DNA of 64,000 nt from Longimicrobiales bacterium (GCA_965249725.1 OZ252251.1:726324-790323), one strand, 5' to 3'. Counted from the stretch's first letter, positions 9,915 through 18,937 are shown. Notes: generated from the sequence alone by a model not told the origin. Numbers and translations are program-made.

Positions 9915-9982
9915 GTGAAGCACCCACGGTGAAGCACTATGGTGAAGCTCGATGGTGAAGCTCGATGGTGAAGCTCGATGGT
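9915..9982. repeat. 13-bp tandem repeat
   Basis: GGTGAAGCTCGAT x3 perfect (9941-9979) preceded by 2 degenerate copies. Confidence 0.9.
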
Positions 9983-10174
9983 CGAGCCATTTAAGATACT
10001 GAATCAGGAGCGCGGGCGTGGGGTTTCTCCTCACTTCCGCCCATCCGGTCCAGCACGCCATAGACGACCCCCAACCGACCCATATGGTTGAGCCGGGCTT
10101 GCGCCCATCGTGTCGGCGAGCCTCATATTCGCCTGATCGCAGGTGCCGACCGATCCCGTGGAACCGTGGAACGC

Positions 10175-10384
10175 ATGAGTCATGACTTCGAGCCGACAGA
10201 GCGAGCTCAGATCCAGGCCGCACTGACTGAGGGCACCGTCCCGGCGTGCCCGTGCTGCTCCTCACCTCTCGATCAAACGGTAATACCCCCGCGTACGGAC
10301 GTGTCTTACGTTCGTCGCCGCGTGTGGCTCACCTGCGGGTCGTGCGACAAGAGCCTGGTGCTGGACCAACCGAGAGCGACGTAG
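10175..10384 (+). CDS. small zinc-ribbon protein
   Basis: 69 aa with CPCC and CGSC knuckles. Confidence 0.6.
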   Translation: MSHDFEPTERAQIQAALTEGTVPACPCCSSPLDQTVIPPRTDVSYVRRRVWLTCGSCDKSLVLDQPRAT

Positions 10385-10389
10385 CCGGT

Positions 10390-11379
10390 ATGCGCATATC
10401 CGAGAAGCCGAAGGGGCCATGGAGGGGCACGGTCCGTCACGGCGTCGTGTCGCCCTGCCTCAGCTTTGTCGTCGCATTGACCCTCGCCACCACAGCACCG
10501 CTTGGCGGCCAGGTGCGCGACCACGGCCCGGTCATTCTTCAGCTCCCCGCGAGCACCAGCGCCCAGGCCATGGGCGGGGCCTTCCAGCTAACCGGCGGTC
10601 GAAGCGGCGCGATCTTCTACAATCCGGCTCTCCTGGCCGGAGCGTCGGGGTTTGGACTCGATGGCCAGACGTTCGGCTCCAAGTCCAACTACCTCGCGCT
10701 GTCTGCCGTAACCGGCTGGTGGCAGGGCAATGTGGGCGTCGGCCTCCAGACCCTCAGCTACTCCACCGACGCCACGAACGCCCGAGAGGTGGCTCCAGGG
10801 GAGACCGACCTGCTGACCGGGGGCGCGGTCGGCTCCACTGAATTCGTGGCTACGGTCGGCTACGCCCAGGAAGTGGCGGGCCTCGAGTGGGGTATCGCCG
10901 CCAAGAGCGTCGAGCACCGGCTCGGCGGCACCAAGGATGTGGCTCTGGCGGCGGACCTAGGGATCTCAATGGAGTTGGGTGACGTCAGGGTCGGTCTGGC
11001 CGCGCAGAATCTGGGGGCGAGCCTGGAGCTGGGGGGAGCATCCGTGGATCTCGCTCAACGGGTTACTCTGGGTGCCTCCGGGCAGGGATGGGAGGTCGGC
11101 CCGTTCGACCTCGGGGTGTCAGCCGCCCTGTCCAGGGAAGCCGACGGAACGGTGATCCCCGCTCTGGGCGGGGAGGTCGCGTGGTGGCCGATCCGAGGTA
11201 GAACCTTTACCGGGTGGATCGGGGTCCGCCGAGTAGAAGAGGGCCCGGCCGACGAGCTCACCTTCGGGGCGGCCTTTCACGGCGACGCCCTGGGGATCGA
11301 ATACGCGTACCAGGGCTTCAACGATCAGGGCTTCGACGCATTCGGCGCCGCGCACCGGCTCGGGATCAGCTGGCGCTGA
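10390..11379 (+). CDS. PorV/PorQ-like outer-membrane beta-barrel protein
   Basis: AQAMGGA...AIFYNPA N-terminal motif; C-terminal HRLGISWR; start codon uncertain. Confidence 0.7.
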   Translation: MRISEKPKGPWRGTVRHGVVSPCLSFVVALTLATTAPLGGQVRDHGPVILQLPASTSAQAMGGAFQLTGGRSGAIFYNPALLAGASGFGLDGQTFGSKSNYLALSAVTGWWQGNVGVGLQTLSYSTDATNAREVAPGETDLLTGGAVGSTEFVATVGYAQEVAGLEWGIAAKSVEHRLGGTKDVALAADLGISMELGDVRVGLAAQNLGASLELGGASVDLAQRVTLGASGQGWEVGPFDLGVSAALSREADGTVIPALGGEVAWWPIRGRTFTGWIGVRRVEEGPADELTFGAAFHGDALGIEYAYQGFNDQGFDAFGAAHRLGISWR

Positions 11380-11401
11380 TCGGCGCTAAGCGCCGCCGAA
11401 C

Positions 11402-11452
11402 CGCCCACCGCAGCGGCACGCCCACCGAGGCGGCACGCCCACCGCAGCGGCA
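11402..11452. repeat. 17-bp tandem repeat between convergent genes
   Basis: CGCCCACCG(CA/AG)GCGGCA x3. Confidence 0.9.
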
Positions 11453-11464
11453 AGCGCCTCAGCG

Positions 11465-13408
11465 TCACGGCCGGGGAGCGACCCTCACCGAAGTGAATGC
11501 GGGGTCGAGGTAGGAGATCCCCACATCGTCCACCACGACCGTGCCGGCGTCGGTCCGGTCGAAGACGAACCGGATCTCCCTGAGGCTTCGGAGATCCAGG
11601 GCCGGCCGGAGCCGTGTGAAGTCCGACAGCGGAATCGAGTACGTCTGTAGCACCAACTCTGCGAGCTCGGTGAACCGCTCTTCCTCCAGATCACCTCGCC
11701 GGAGGATGTGCGTCTCGAGTGGGCGCCGAATCGGCCCGTATGAGCTGAGGGCCACTCTAGCCGAACGACCCTGAGAGTCGACCACCTCGATACTGAGGTC
11801 GACAGGCTCGTCGTCGTCCTCGTCGTCCTCCGCATCCTCACCCTCGTCATCCGTATCGGCTCCCTCCTCGTTCTGCGTGCTGTCTCCCGCAGCGTCCCTC
11901 GGCCCCGGCACGTCCTCGGAAACGGTCAGCGCAATCTGAAGGGACGCCCCCTCTCCCAACCTCCAAGCACGACCCAACGTGTCCGGCACGGAGACGGTAA
12001 ACGTCGAAGGGCGACCCAACTCCTCAGATCCTTTCACCTCTCGGTTCCAGCCCAGCCAGAGCGCTTGGTTCATCTGTGTCGACGAGGTAGTGGGCCGATT
12101 GCGCGAGCGCAGCACCATCTCCCTCTCTCTCCAGGTGGAGAGACTGTCACCGCTCAGGACCACCCCGGCGGCACTGCCTGTGGTCACGTCGATATCCTCT
12201 TCGAACGTGGCCAACGGCTTGAACGTGCCGTCCTCGAACCGAGTCACATACATGGTCTTTGGCAGCCATCCACCGGCAACCCGGTGGTCCCGGAAGAGCG
12301 GCAGAAACTCCGGGTTGCCCCGTAACGAATACTCCAGGAACGCGGAGACGTAGATTCTCGCAAACTCCTGCTGCTCGCTCGGCTCGAGCAGGGGTCTCAG
12401 GTCGAGGGTCCGACCGCTCCGTGGTCCGTTGTCGTGAGGACCCCACACACTGTTCCACTGACCGTGATTCGCCCGATAGACGAAGACGGCCGTCTTCAGG
12501 TGAGGCAATCCGTCGGTGAACTTCACGCGATCATAGAGCCGAAGTCCGTGGAAGCTCGTGACATCCCCGTCGTGCGAACCATGGAACACCATGTAGTTCA
12601 CGTTTTCGACAGGCACGAATCGGTCCGTAGGGAGATACTGCCCGTCGACTGGAGCGATGGCGATGATCGCCTTGATGTCGAAGTTGAAGTCGAACGTCAG
12701 GTTGGCATCGTCGGGGTAGTGGCTGAGCCGGTTGAACGCCGCGGCATGCCCGACCGCTCCCCCGCCCCTGCTGTGTCCCATGAGCGCAAGGTTCTTTATA
12801 TCCACCTTTCCGAAGAACGGGTTCTCGGCGTCTTGGTTGAAGCCGCCCCACGCCTCGAGGTGCTTGAGGAGAAGCCAGCCCCTCGCATCGTTCTCCTGCC
12901 GGATTCCCCCGTTCACGAAATTCATGTCGATCGACGCCAGGATGTAGCCGCGACTCGCCAGGAGCTCACCCAAGTAGTCGTATCCGGGGTCCGAATAGTC
13001 CCGCATGTTGTGATTGCCGTGCACCACCAGCACGAGCGGGAAGAGTCCGGCGCCATCGGGATACCAGACACGCCCGTTCAAGGGGAACTCCTCGGGAGTG
13101 AAGCCCCAGTAGTCATTCCTGGAGTCGGCCTGATCTCCGAGATCGATGAGCTTCGATGCGTCGACGCTCGCGGTGGTGAACTCGACGCCCTCACGGTACT
13201 CGTCACGGTTCTTGTCGTCACCGTGCCCATAAGTAAGGGTGCGTACCGAGAACGGCCCCCGAGAAGCAGGGCTCGATCCCTCCATGAGCTGCCGAGCCAG
13301 AACCGTGGGATGGTCGCTCTCTTCGAGCTGCACCGCACCACGACAACCAGCGATCAAAAGGACCATCAACCCCGCGACGACGAGGCGGCGATGACTCGGA
13401 AAATCCAT
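11465..13408 (-). CDS. alpha/beta-hydrolase lipoprotein
   Basis: Lipobox IAGC; VHGNH, GHSRGG nucleophile elbow, DGDV, ANHGQWN. Confidence 0.85.
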   Translation of the reverse strand: MDFPSHRRLVVAGLMVLLIAGCRGAVQLEESDHPTVLARQLMEGSSPASRGPFSVRTLTYGHGDDKNRDEYREGVEFTTASVDASKLIDLGDQADSRNDYWGFTPEEFPLNGRVWYPDGAGLFPLVLVVHGNHNMRDYSDPGYDYLGELLASRGYILASIDMNFVNGGIRQENDARGWLLLKHLEAWGGFNQDAENPFFGKVDIKNLALMGHSRGGGAVGHAAAFNRLSHYPDDANLTFDFNFDIKAIIAIAPVDGQYLPTDRFVPVENVNYMVFHGSHDGDVTSFHGLRLYDRVKFTDGLPHLKTAVFVYRANHGQWNSVWGPHDNGPRSGRTLDLRPLLEPSEQQEFARIYVSAFLEYSLRGNPEFLPLFRDHRVAGGWLPKTMYVTRFEDGTFKPLATFEEDIDVTTGSAAGVVLSGDSLSTWREREMVLRSRNRPTTSSTQMNQALWLGWNREVKGSEELGRPSTFTVSVPDTLGRAWRLGEGASLQIALTVSEDVPGPRDAAGDSTQNEEGADTDDEGEDAEDDEDDDEPVDLSIEVVDSQGRSARVALSSYGPIRRPLETHILRRGDLEEERFTELAELVLQTYSIPLSDFTRLRPALDLRSLREIRFVFDRTDAGTVVVDDVGISYLDPAFTSVRVAPRP

Positions 13409-13682
13409 GGTCTCTTCCTGCTGTCTGCGGGCGGGACCCAAGAGGTCGGGCCCATACCCTGTCTGGTTCTCGGCGCCTTCACCGCGGATTCTAGGTAGCG
13501 GGTAGCCCGAAGGGCAATTCCTGTCGGGCCGGGCCAAAGGCTGGACCCCGGGCGTCACGTTGGCGAATGTTCCGGGTCACTACAGGGAGTCATGCTCGTT
13601 CCTGACCCATGCTTTCCACGCCACGGAGGAGCCGACGACCGGTCCGCCCACTGGTTCGCCCACTTCAGCAACAGGTGAGTCC

Positions 13683-14168
13683 ATGCCGAATCGCATCGCA
13701 CAATTCACGACCAATCAAGGCGAGTTCAAGGTCGAGCTCTTCGAGGAGCGCGCACCCGAAACGACGAAGAACTTCATCGACCTCGTGGAGAAGGAGTACT
13801 ACGACGGCATCGTCTTCCACCGCGTCATCGAGGGGTTCATGCTTCAGGGCGGATGCCCCACGGGCAACGGCACGGGCGGCCCCGGCTACACGATCGCCGA
13901 TGAGTTCCACCCCGAGCTGCGGCATGACGTCGAAGGTGTTCTCTCGATGGCCAACGCCGGCCCCAACACCGGCGGCTCACAGTTCTTCGTGACTTTGGCC
14001 CCCACGGCCTGGCTCGATGGGAAGCACGCGGTCTTCGGCAAGGTCGTCGACGGCATGGACACCATCCGGGCTATCGGCACGACCGCCACCGGCCCAGGAG
14101 ACAGACCTCTTCAAGAGATCGTCATGGAGCGGGTCGAGATCGTGGGACAGGGCCAGGAAGCCGACTGA
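13683..14168 (+). CDS. cyclophilin-type peptidyl-prolyl cis-trans isomerase
   Basis: FHRVIEGFMLQGG, LSMANAGPNTGGSQFF, WLDGKHAVFGKV. Confidence 0.95.
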   Translation: MPNRIAQFTTNQGEFKVELFEERAPETTKNFIDLVEKEYYDGIVFHRVIEGFMLQGGCPTGNGTGGPGYTIADEFHPELRHDVEGVLSMANAGPNTGGSQFFVTLAPTAWLDGKHAVFGKVVDGMDTIRAIGTTATGPGDRPLQEIVMERVEIVGQGQEAD

Positions 14169-14278
14169 CAAGCATTCTTACGTTTGTCTCGGAATCGTAA
14201 CATTCTGTTGCGTTTTCGGGGAAATAGGTAAATATATTAACAGCTAAGCCTGCTGACCTCTCAGAGGTCAAGTAGGCT

Positions 14279-14291
14279 TAAGTTGTTGATA
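14279..14291 (-). promoter_or_regulatory. IHF-binding consensus site
   Basis: Minus strand TATCAACAACTTA fits WATCAANNNNTTR, about 30 bp upstream of the sigma-54 promoter. Confidence 0.55.
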
Positions 14292-14318
14292 CTATGTCGG
14301 TTGCGGGTCCTGACAAGG

Positions 14319-14335
14319 TTGGCACCGAGATTGCA
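14319..14335 (+). promoter_or_regulatory. sigma-54 (-24/-12) promoter
   Basis: TTGGCACCGAGATTGCA fits YTGGCACN5TTGCW with GG-N10-GC spacing; 58 bp before the operon's first ATG. Confidence 0.85.
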
Positions 14336-14392
14336 TATACCACCCTCACCCGCATGATCTCGGAGTTGTCGTCGACCTGACGGAGGAGAAGG

Positions 14393-15010
14393 ATGTTTAG
14401 GAAGAGAGACGTTTGGCGCATACTGCCTTTCGCCGTGCTGTTCGGTGTTTGGTCCTGCACCGACACACCGACGGACGAAGGCCCCGCCGCGCCCGCTGAG
14501 GGCTTGGCATCTGCGTTCTTCGAAACCGCTCCAGCACCCGGCTTCGCGGCCCACCAGTGGCGTGACTCGCGAGAGAGCCAGATGACGGTGACGCGCACCA
14601 TCGGCGCGGAGGGGGGCGTGATGGAGTTCCGGAAGCTCGGAGCCTCGATCGTCTTCCCAGAGGGCGCCCTCTCGGAGGCAACAACGATCGAGGCGAAGGC
14701 GATCGCCGGCCCGGTCGTGGCCCTCGAGTTCAGTCCGCATGGCATCGACTTTGGCGTGCCCGTGCAGATTCGCATCAATGCACGCATGCTGGCGCCCGGA
14801 TGGGGCGGGAGCCTCGAGAGCGGCGACGAGCTGGGTGAGCACGACGGCGAGGTCCTGCGTCGGCACCTCTCGAAGCTCATAGGCGTCTACTATGTGGGCG
14901 GTCACACATCAGGCGCTGCCCCTCTGGAGACTCTGCCGATGTTCTTCGAGGACGGAGATGTCGTGCTCGAAGTGAGGCACTTCTGCGGCTACGCAGTGGC
15001 GTCGGGTTAG
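14393..15010 (+). CDS. ZU5-like domain lipoprotein with C-terminal HF|C motif
   Basis: Lipobox VWSC; IGAEGG...GASIVFPEGAL and FSPHGIDFGVPVQI ZU5-like patterns; ends VRHFCGYAVASG; GGAG RBS. Confidence 0.75.
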   Translation: MFRKRDVWRILPFAVLFGVWSCTDTPTDEGPAAPAEGLASAFFETAPAPGFAAHQWRDSRESQMTVTRTIGAEGGVMEFRKLGASIVFPEGALSEATTIEAKAIAGPVVALEFSPHGIDFGVPVQIRINARMLAPGWGGSLESGDELGEHDGEVLRRHLSKLIGVYYVGGHTSGAAPLETLPMFFEDGDVVLEVRHFCGYAVASG

Positions 15011-15066
15011 CTGGGAAGGGTGTGACTCGTGCTCGTAAGAGATGCACACTCCAGAGGAACGAATAG

Positions 15067-16128
15067 ATGAACCGCGCCATTGACGTGACAAGTGAATCTC
15101 CGGAAGAGAGACAGGTCAGGGCGGGCGATCTCGCCCGTGCGGGCCGAGAAGCGGAGACCCAGGGAGCCCTAGGTGACTCCCTGGAGAAGCTGACCGCGGC
15201 GTTGGACCTTCTTCCCGATAACGAACCGTCGCCGCTCCGAGCCGACATCCTCCGGTGGCTCGGCACGACGCTTCGCGAACTCGGGCAAACGACCGATGCC
15301 GAGTCCCGCTACGAAGAGAGCAGTGCCCTCTCGCGAGACATCGCATACGGAACCGGCGAAGCCCACGCCCTGAACTGCCTCGCGATCATTGCCCAACGGC
15401 GGGGCGACATGAATGCCGCCCAGTCCAGGTATCGACAGGCCGCGCGCCAGGCAAGCGACTCGGGAGATCACCGACTCGCCGGAATGGTCGAGCAAAACCT
15501 CGGCGTCCTCGCGAACATCCAAGGAGATCTGGACGGTGCCCTCGTGCGCTACCGGGCCAGCCTCAGGGCGTTCGAAGAGGGCGATTTCGAGGAAGGCATG
15601 TCGTGGGTGCTCAACAATCTGGGCATGCTCCACACCGACCTCGGCAAGTACGACGACGCTGAGGAGCACTTTACCCGCGGCCTCGATATCGCCCGCCGTC
15701 GGAAGGACCTTCATACTCAGGCTCTTCTGGAATCGAACCTCGCCGAGGTCTACATCCGACTCGAGCAATGGGAAGCGGCCGAGGCCTACGTAGAAAGGGC
15801 GCTCGGCATCGCTGAAGAGAGGGGCGACCCACTCCGGAAGGCCGACGCTCTCAAGTTCCTCGGCATGATCCAGCGGGCCCAGGGTCACCTCTCCCTCGCA
15901 GACGAGTCTCTTTCGAGCGCCAATCGTCTCGCAGAGGAGAGTGAAGACGCCCTGCTGGCCGCAGAGGTGTGCCGGGAATTGGGGGAGACCCGTGCCCAGA
16001 TGGGACAATACCCTGATGCCACCGAGCTCCTGGAGCGCGCCGTACGGCTCTTCAGAGAAATGAACGCGTCGCTCGACGCCACCAAGGCACAAGAGCGATT
16101 GGATCGGATCCATGCGGACTCCGAATAG
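15067..16128 (+). CDS. stand-alone tetratricopeptide-repeat protein
   Basis: 353 aa of about 40-aa TPR-like repeats (AHALN, QNLGVLANIQGD, LNNLG); no signal peptide. Confidence 0.9.
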   Translation: MNRAIDVTSESPEERQVRAGDLARAGREAETQGALGDSLEKLTAALDLLPDNEPSPLRADILRWLGTTLRELGQTTDAESRYEESSALSRDIAYGTGEAHALNCLAIIAQRRGDMNAAQSRYRQAARQASDSGDHRLAGMVEQNLGVLANIQGDLDGALVRYRASLRAFEEGDFEEGMSWVLNNLGMLHTDLGKYDDAEEHFTRGLDIARRRKDLHTQALLESNLAEVYIRLEQWEAAEAYVERALGIAEERGDPLRKADALKFLGMIQRAQGHLSLADESLSSANRLAEESEDALLAAEVCRELGETRAQMGQYPDATELLERAVRLFREMNASLDATKAQERLDRIHADSE

Positions 16129-16152
16129 ACACCCCAGACCTCGAGGCGAATC

Positions 16153-17211
16153 GTGAGCTATCAACTCGCCAGCAGAGAAGTAGAAGAGACTGTCCCGACC
16201 GGCGACCGCACCGCCACCGATATCGGCTTTCAGGCGATCATCGGGGAGGGCGCCTCGCTCAAGAAGGCGATCGATTTCGCCAAGAGGGTGGCGACCCGAA
16301 AACTGACGACGGTCCTCATTGTGGGAGACACGGGCACCGGCAAAGGCCTGTTCGCCCGCGGCATCCACTACGCCAGCCAGGATGCCCAGGAGCCTTTCGT
16401 CACGGTGAACTGCGCGGCCATCCCCGGGAACCTCCTCGAGTCCGAGCTGTTCGGACACGAACGCGGGGCGTTCACGGATGCCCGGTCGCGGAAGCTGGGT
16501 CTCCTAGAATTGGCAGGAGCAGGTACGCTCTTCCTCGACGAGGTCAGTGAACTGCCTCCCAACCTTCAGCCCAAGCTGCTGCGGGCACTCGAGGAGAGGC
16601 GCTTCCGGAGAATCGGAGGCACGGAGGAGATCGCGGCCAAGTGCCGCCTGCTCGCTGCCGCGAACAGTTCGTTCGAGGATGCGTTGAGCGAAGGGCGTTT
16701 CCGCGAAGACCTGTTCTACCGACTCAACGTCCTCCGCATCAACGTCCCTCCCCTGCGGGAGCGCGGAAAGGACCCGGAGTTGCTGGCGCGCCACTTCATG
16801 GCCGAGATCGCTCGCGAGATGGGCATTGCGCCGAAGGCCCTCCGCAAGGACGCCGTCGAGGTCCTCAATCGCCACGACTGGCCAGGCAATGTCCGAGAGC
16901 TGAAGAACGTCATCCAACGGGCCATCGTGCTGACCGACGGACCGGCCGTGCGTGCCGAGCACCTCAGCATCTTCGGTCGGGCGAGAGTGGACGGGGATGC
17001 CCCGGAGGACCGGGACCGTTCGATCCACATTCCACCCACGGGTCTGCGCCTGTCTGAGATCGAAGCTCAAGCGCTACGCATCACCCTCGACATTACCGGG
17101 GGAAACCGAAGCGCCGCTGCCCGCATTCTCGGCCTCTCTCGGCCCACGGTCCATCGTAAGATCCGGGATTACGGTCTCGACGATCGCAAAAGTCTCGACG
17201 CCACCGCGTGA
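16153..17211 (+). CDS. sigma-54-dependent activator (bEBP) lacking an N-terminal sensor domain
   Basis: GDTGTGK, ESELFGHERGAFTDA, LFLDEV, WPGNVREL, Fis-type HTH; AAA+ domain begins about 25 aa from the start. Confidence 0.95.
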   Translation: MSYQLASREVEETVPTGDRTATDIGFQAIIGEGASLKKAIDFAKRVATRKLTTVLIVGDTGTGKGLFARGIHYASQDAQEPFVTVNCAAIPGNLLESELFGHERGAFTDARSRKLGLLELAGAGTLFLDEVSELPPNLQPKLLRALEERRFRRIGGTEEIAAKCRLLAAANSSFEDALSEGRFREDLFYRLNVLRINVPPLRERGKDPELLARHFMAEIAREMGIAPKALRKDAVEVLNRHDWPGNVRELKNVIQRAIVLTDGPAVRAEHLSIFGRARVDGDAPEDRDRSIHIPPTGLRLSEIEAQALRITLDITGGNRSAAARILGLSRPTVHRKIRDYGLDDRKSLDATA

Positions 17212-17215
17212 CATC

Positions 17216-18937
17216 GTGGAATCGACCACCGCCCTGGGAATCCCGGAGGGTGCCCGAAGCCTGATCGCAGAGGCCAGGGCCGCGGAGCGGCGGGCGCGCC
17301 GAAGCCGCGCCCGCGCGTGTTACGAAGAGGCCCTACGTAGCCTGAATGGCTGGGAACACGGTGCCCTGGCCAGCGCCATCCTCCGGTGGATCGCCCGCAC
17401 CCATTACGAAAGCGGACACCTCGCCGCTGCGATGGACTGCTTCGAGGCGGCCCTGGCCGTAGCCGACGCCCACGACGACATGCTGGGCAAGGCGCACGCC
17501 CTGAACGGCAAGGGCATCGTCGAGCAGCTCCGCGGCAACCTCGAGACGGCTGCCGCCCACTTCGCGTGGAGCCTGGATCGGGCCTCGCGCGCCGGTGACG
17601 CCGCCCTACCCGCGATGATCCATCAGAACCTGGGTGTAATCGCCAACATCCAGGGCGACTTCGCGGAGGCCCTCGTCCAGTACCGCTCCAGCAAAGACGC
17701 GTACGACCGGCTGGGTGAAGACGATCGAGTGGGTCCTCTTCTCAACAACATCGGCCGTCTGCATACGGACCGTGGAGAGTGGAGCGAGGCCGAGGCGGCG
17801 CTCGAAGAGGCGAGCCGTCGCTGTGTCGAATCAGGCGACGTGGACCATCACGTCCACGCTCAGGTGAACCTCGCGCGCCTCTGGATCGCCCGAGGGGACC
17901 TAGAGCGAGCCCGGGCCTCCTGCGATACCGCGTGCAACGTCTCGCGCGATGTCGCGGAGGGTCGATGGTCCGGAGAGATCTTGAAGCACTACGGCACCAT
18001 CTACCGGCTGACCAAGCGACCGGAACTCGCGCTCGACTCTCTGCGACAGGCGCGACTCCTCGCAGATGACCAGAGGAACACGCTCTTGGCCGCCGAGATC
18101 GCACGAGAATTCGCCGACGTCTACGCCGATCAGGGGCGGAATCGGGACACACTGAGGGCGCTGAACGAGTGTCTACGACTCTTCTCGGAGTTCCAAGCCA
18201 AGCACAACCTGGCCGAGGTGAGGGACCGGATCTCTCGTCTCGAGTATCGCTTCCTGGACGTGGTCTGCTCCTGGGGAGAGTCCATCGAATCGAAGGACCG
18301 CTACACACAGGGTCACTGTGAACGAGTGGCGGACCTGGCCTGCGCCCTGGCGACCGCGGCCGGCCTGGACAAGGACGTTCTGACCTGGTTCCGCATGGGC
18401 GCGCTTCTCCACGACCTCGGCAAGATCGCCGTGCCCTCGTCCATTCTGAACAAGCCGGGCGCCCTTACGGCGGAGGAGTGGGTCATCATGAAGCGGCATC
18501 CGGAAGCCGGGGTCGAGCTCCTCCAAGGCATCGAGTTCCCATGGGACATCCGACCCATGCTGCGCCACCACCACGAGCGCTGGGACGGATCTGGATATCC
18601 GCACGGCCTGATGGGGGCCGACATCCCCCTTTCAGCTCGGATCCTGTGCCTGGCCGACGTGTTCGACGCTCTCACGACAGACCGCAGCTACCGGAGTGGA
18701 CTGCCCCCCGACCAAGCGATGTCGGTCATGCGGAACGAGGCAGGCTCCACATTCGACCCGCACCTGTTCGGCGTGTTCGAGGGCTTGTCTCAGGACTCCC
18801 CTCGGCGGTGGGCGACACGCTCGGCCCGCGATCGCCGCCGCAAGCCGGTGGGCACGCCACACCTCATACCGGTGGCGGGGGCGCTCAGCTCGCCCATCCC
18901 TCGCCGAACCCTGCCGCCGCAGGAAATCTGGGCCTAG
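17216..18937 (+). CDS. TPR-domain HD-GYP cyclic-dinucleotide phosphodiesterase
   Basis: N-terminal TPRs; YTQGH, LHDLGK, HHHERWDGSGYP, ADVFDALT; GTG start just after the bEBP stop. Confidence 0.9.
   Translation: MESTTALGIPEGARSLIAEARAAERRARRSRARACYEEALRSLNGWEHGALASAILRWIARTHYESGHLAAAMDCFEAALAVADAHDDMLGKAHALNGKGIVEQLRGNLETAAAHFAWSLDRASRAGDAALPAMIHQNLGVIANIQGDFAEALVQYRSSKDAYDRLGEDDRVGPLLNNIGRLHTDRGEWSEAEAALEEASRRCVESGDVDHHVHAQVNLARLWIARGDLERARASCDTACNVSRDVAEGRWSGEILKHYGTIYRLTKRPELALDSLRQARLLADDQRNTLLAAEIAREFADVYADQGRNRDTLRALNECLRLFSEFQAKHNLAEVRDRISRLEYRFLDVVCSWGESIESKDRYTQGHCERVADLACALATAAGLDKDVLTWFRMGALLHDLGKIAVPSSILNKPGALTAEEWVIMKRHPEAGVELLQGIEFPWDIRPMLRHHHERWDGSGYPHGLMGADIPLSARILCLADVFDALTTDRSYRSGLPPDQAMSVMRNEAGSTFDPHLFGVFEGLSQDSPRRWATRSARDRRRKPVGTPHLIPVAGALSSPIPRRTLPPQEIWA

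Noticed and set aside
4302..16128. TAG recoding/readthrough suggested by in-frame ambers at 4302, 9419 and 16126
   Set aside because: Many intact genes end in TAG at their expected C-termini (e.g. 15010, 31021, 43051); the ambers are explained by single-base changes or chance
16952..17215. Upstream extension of the TPR-HD-GYP ORF
   Set aside because: Overlaps the bEBP HTH coding region; GTG at 17216 just after the bEBP stop is more plausible
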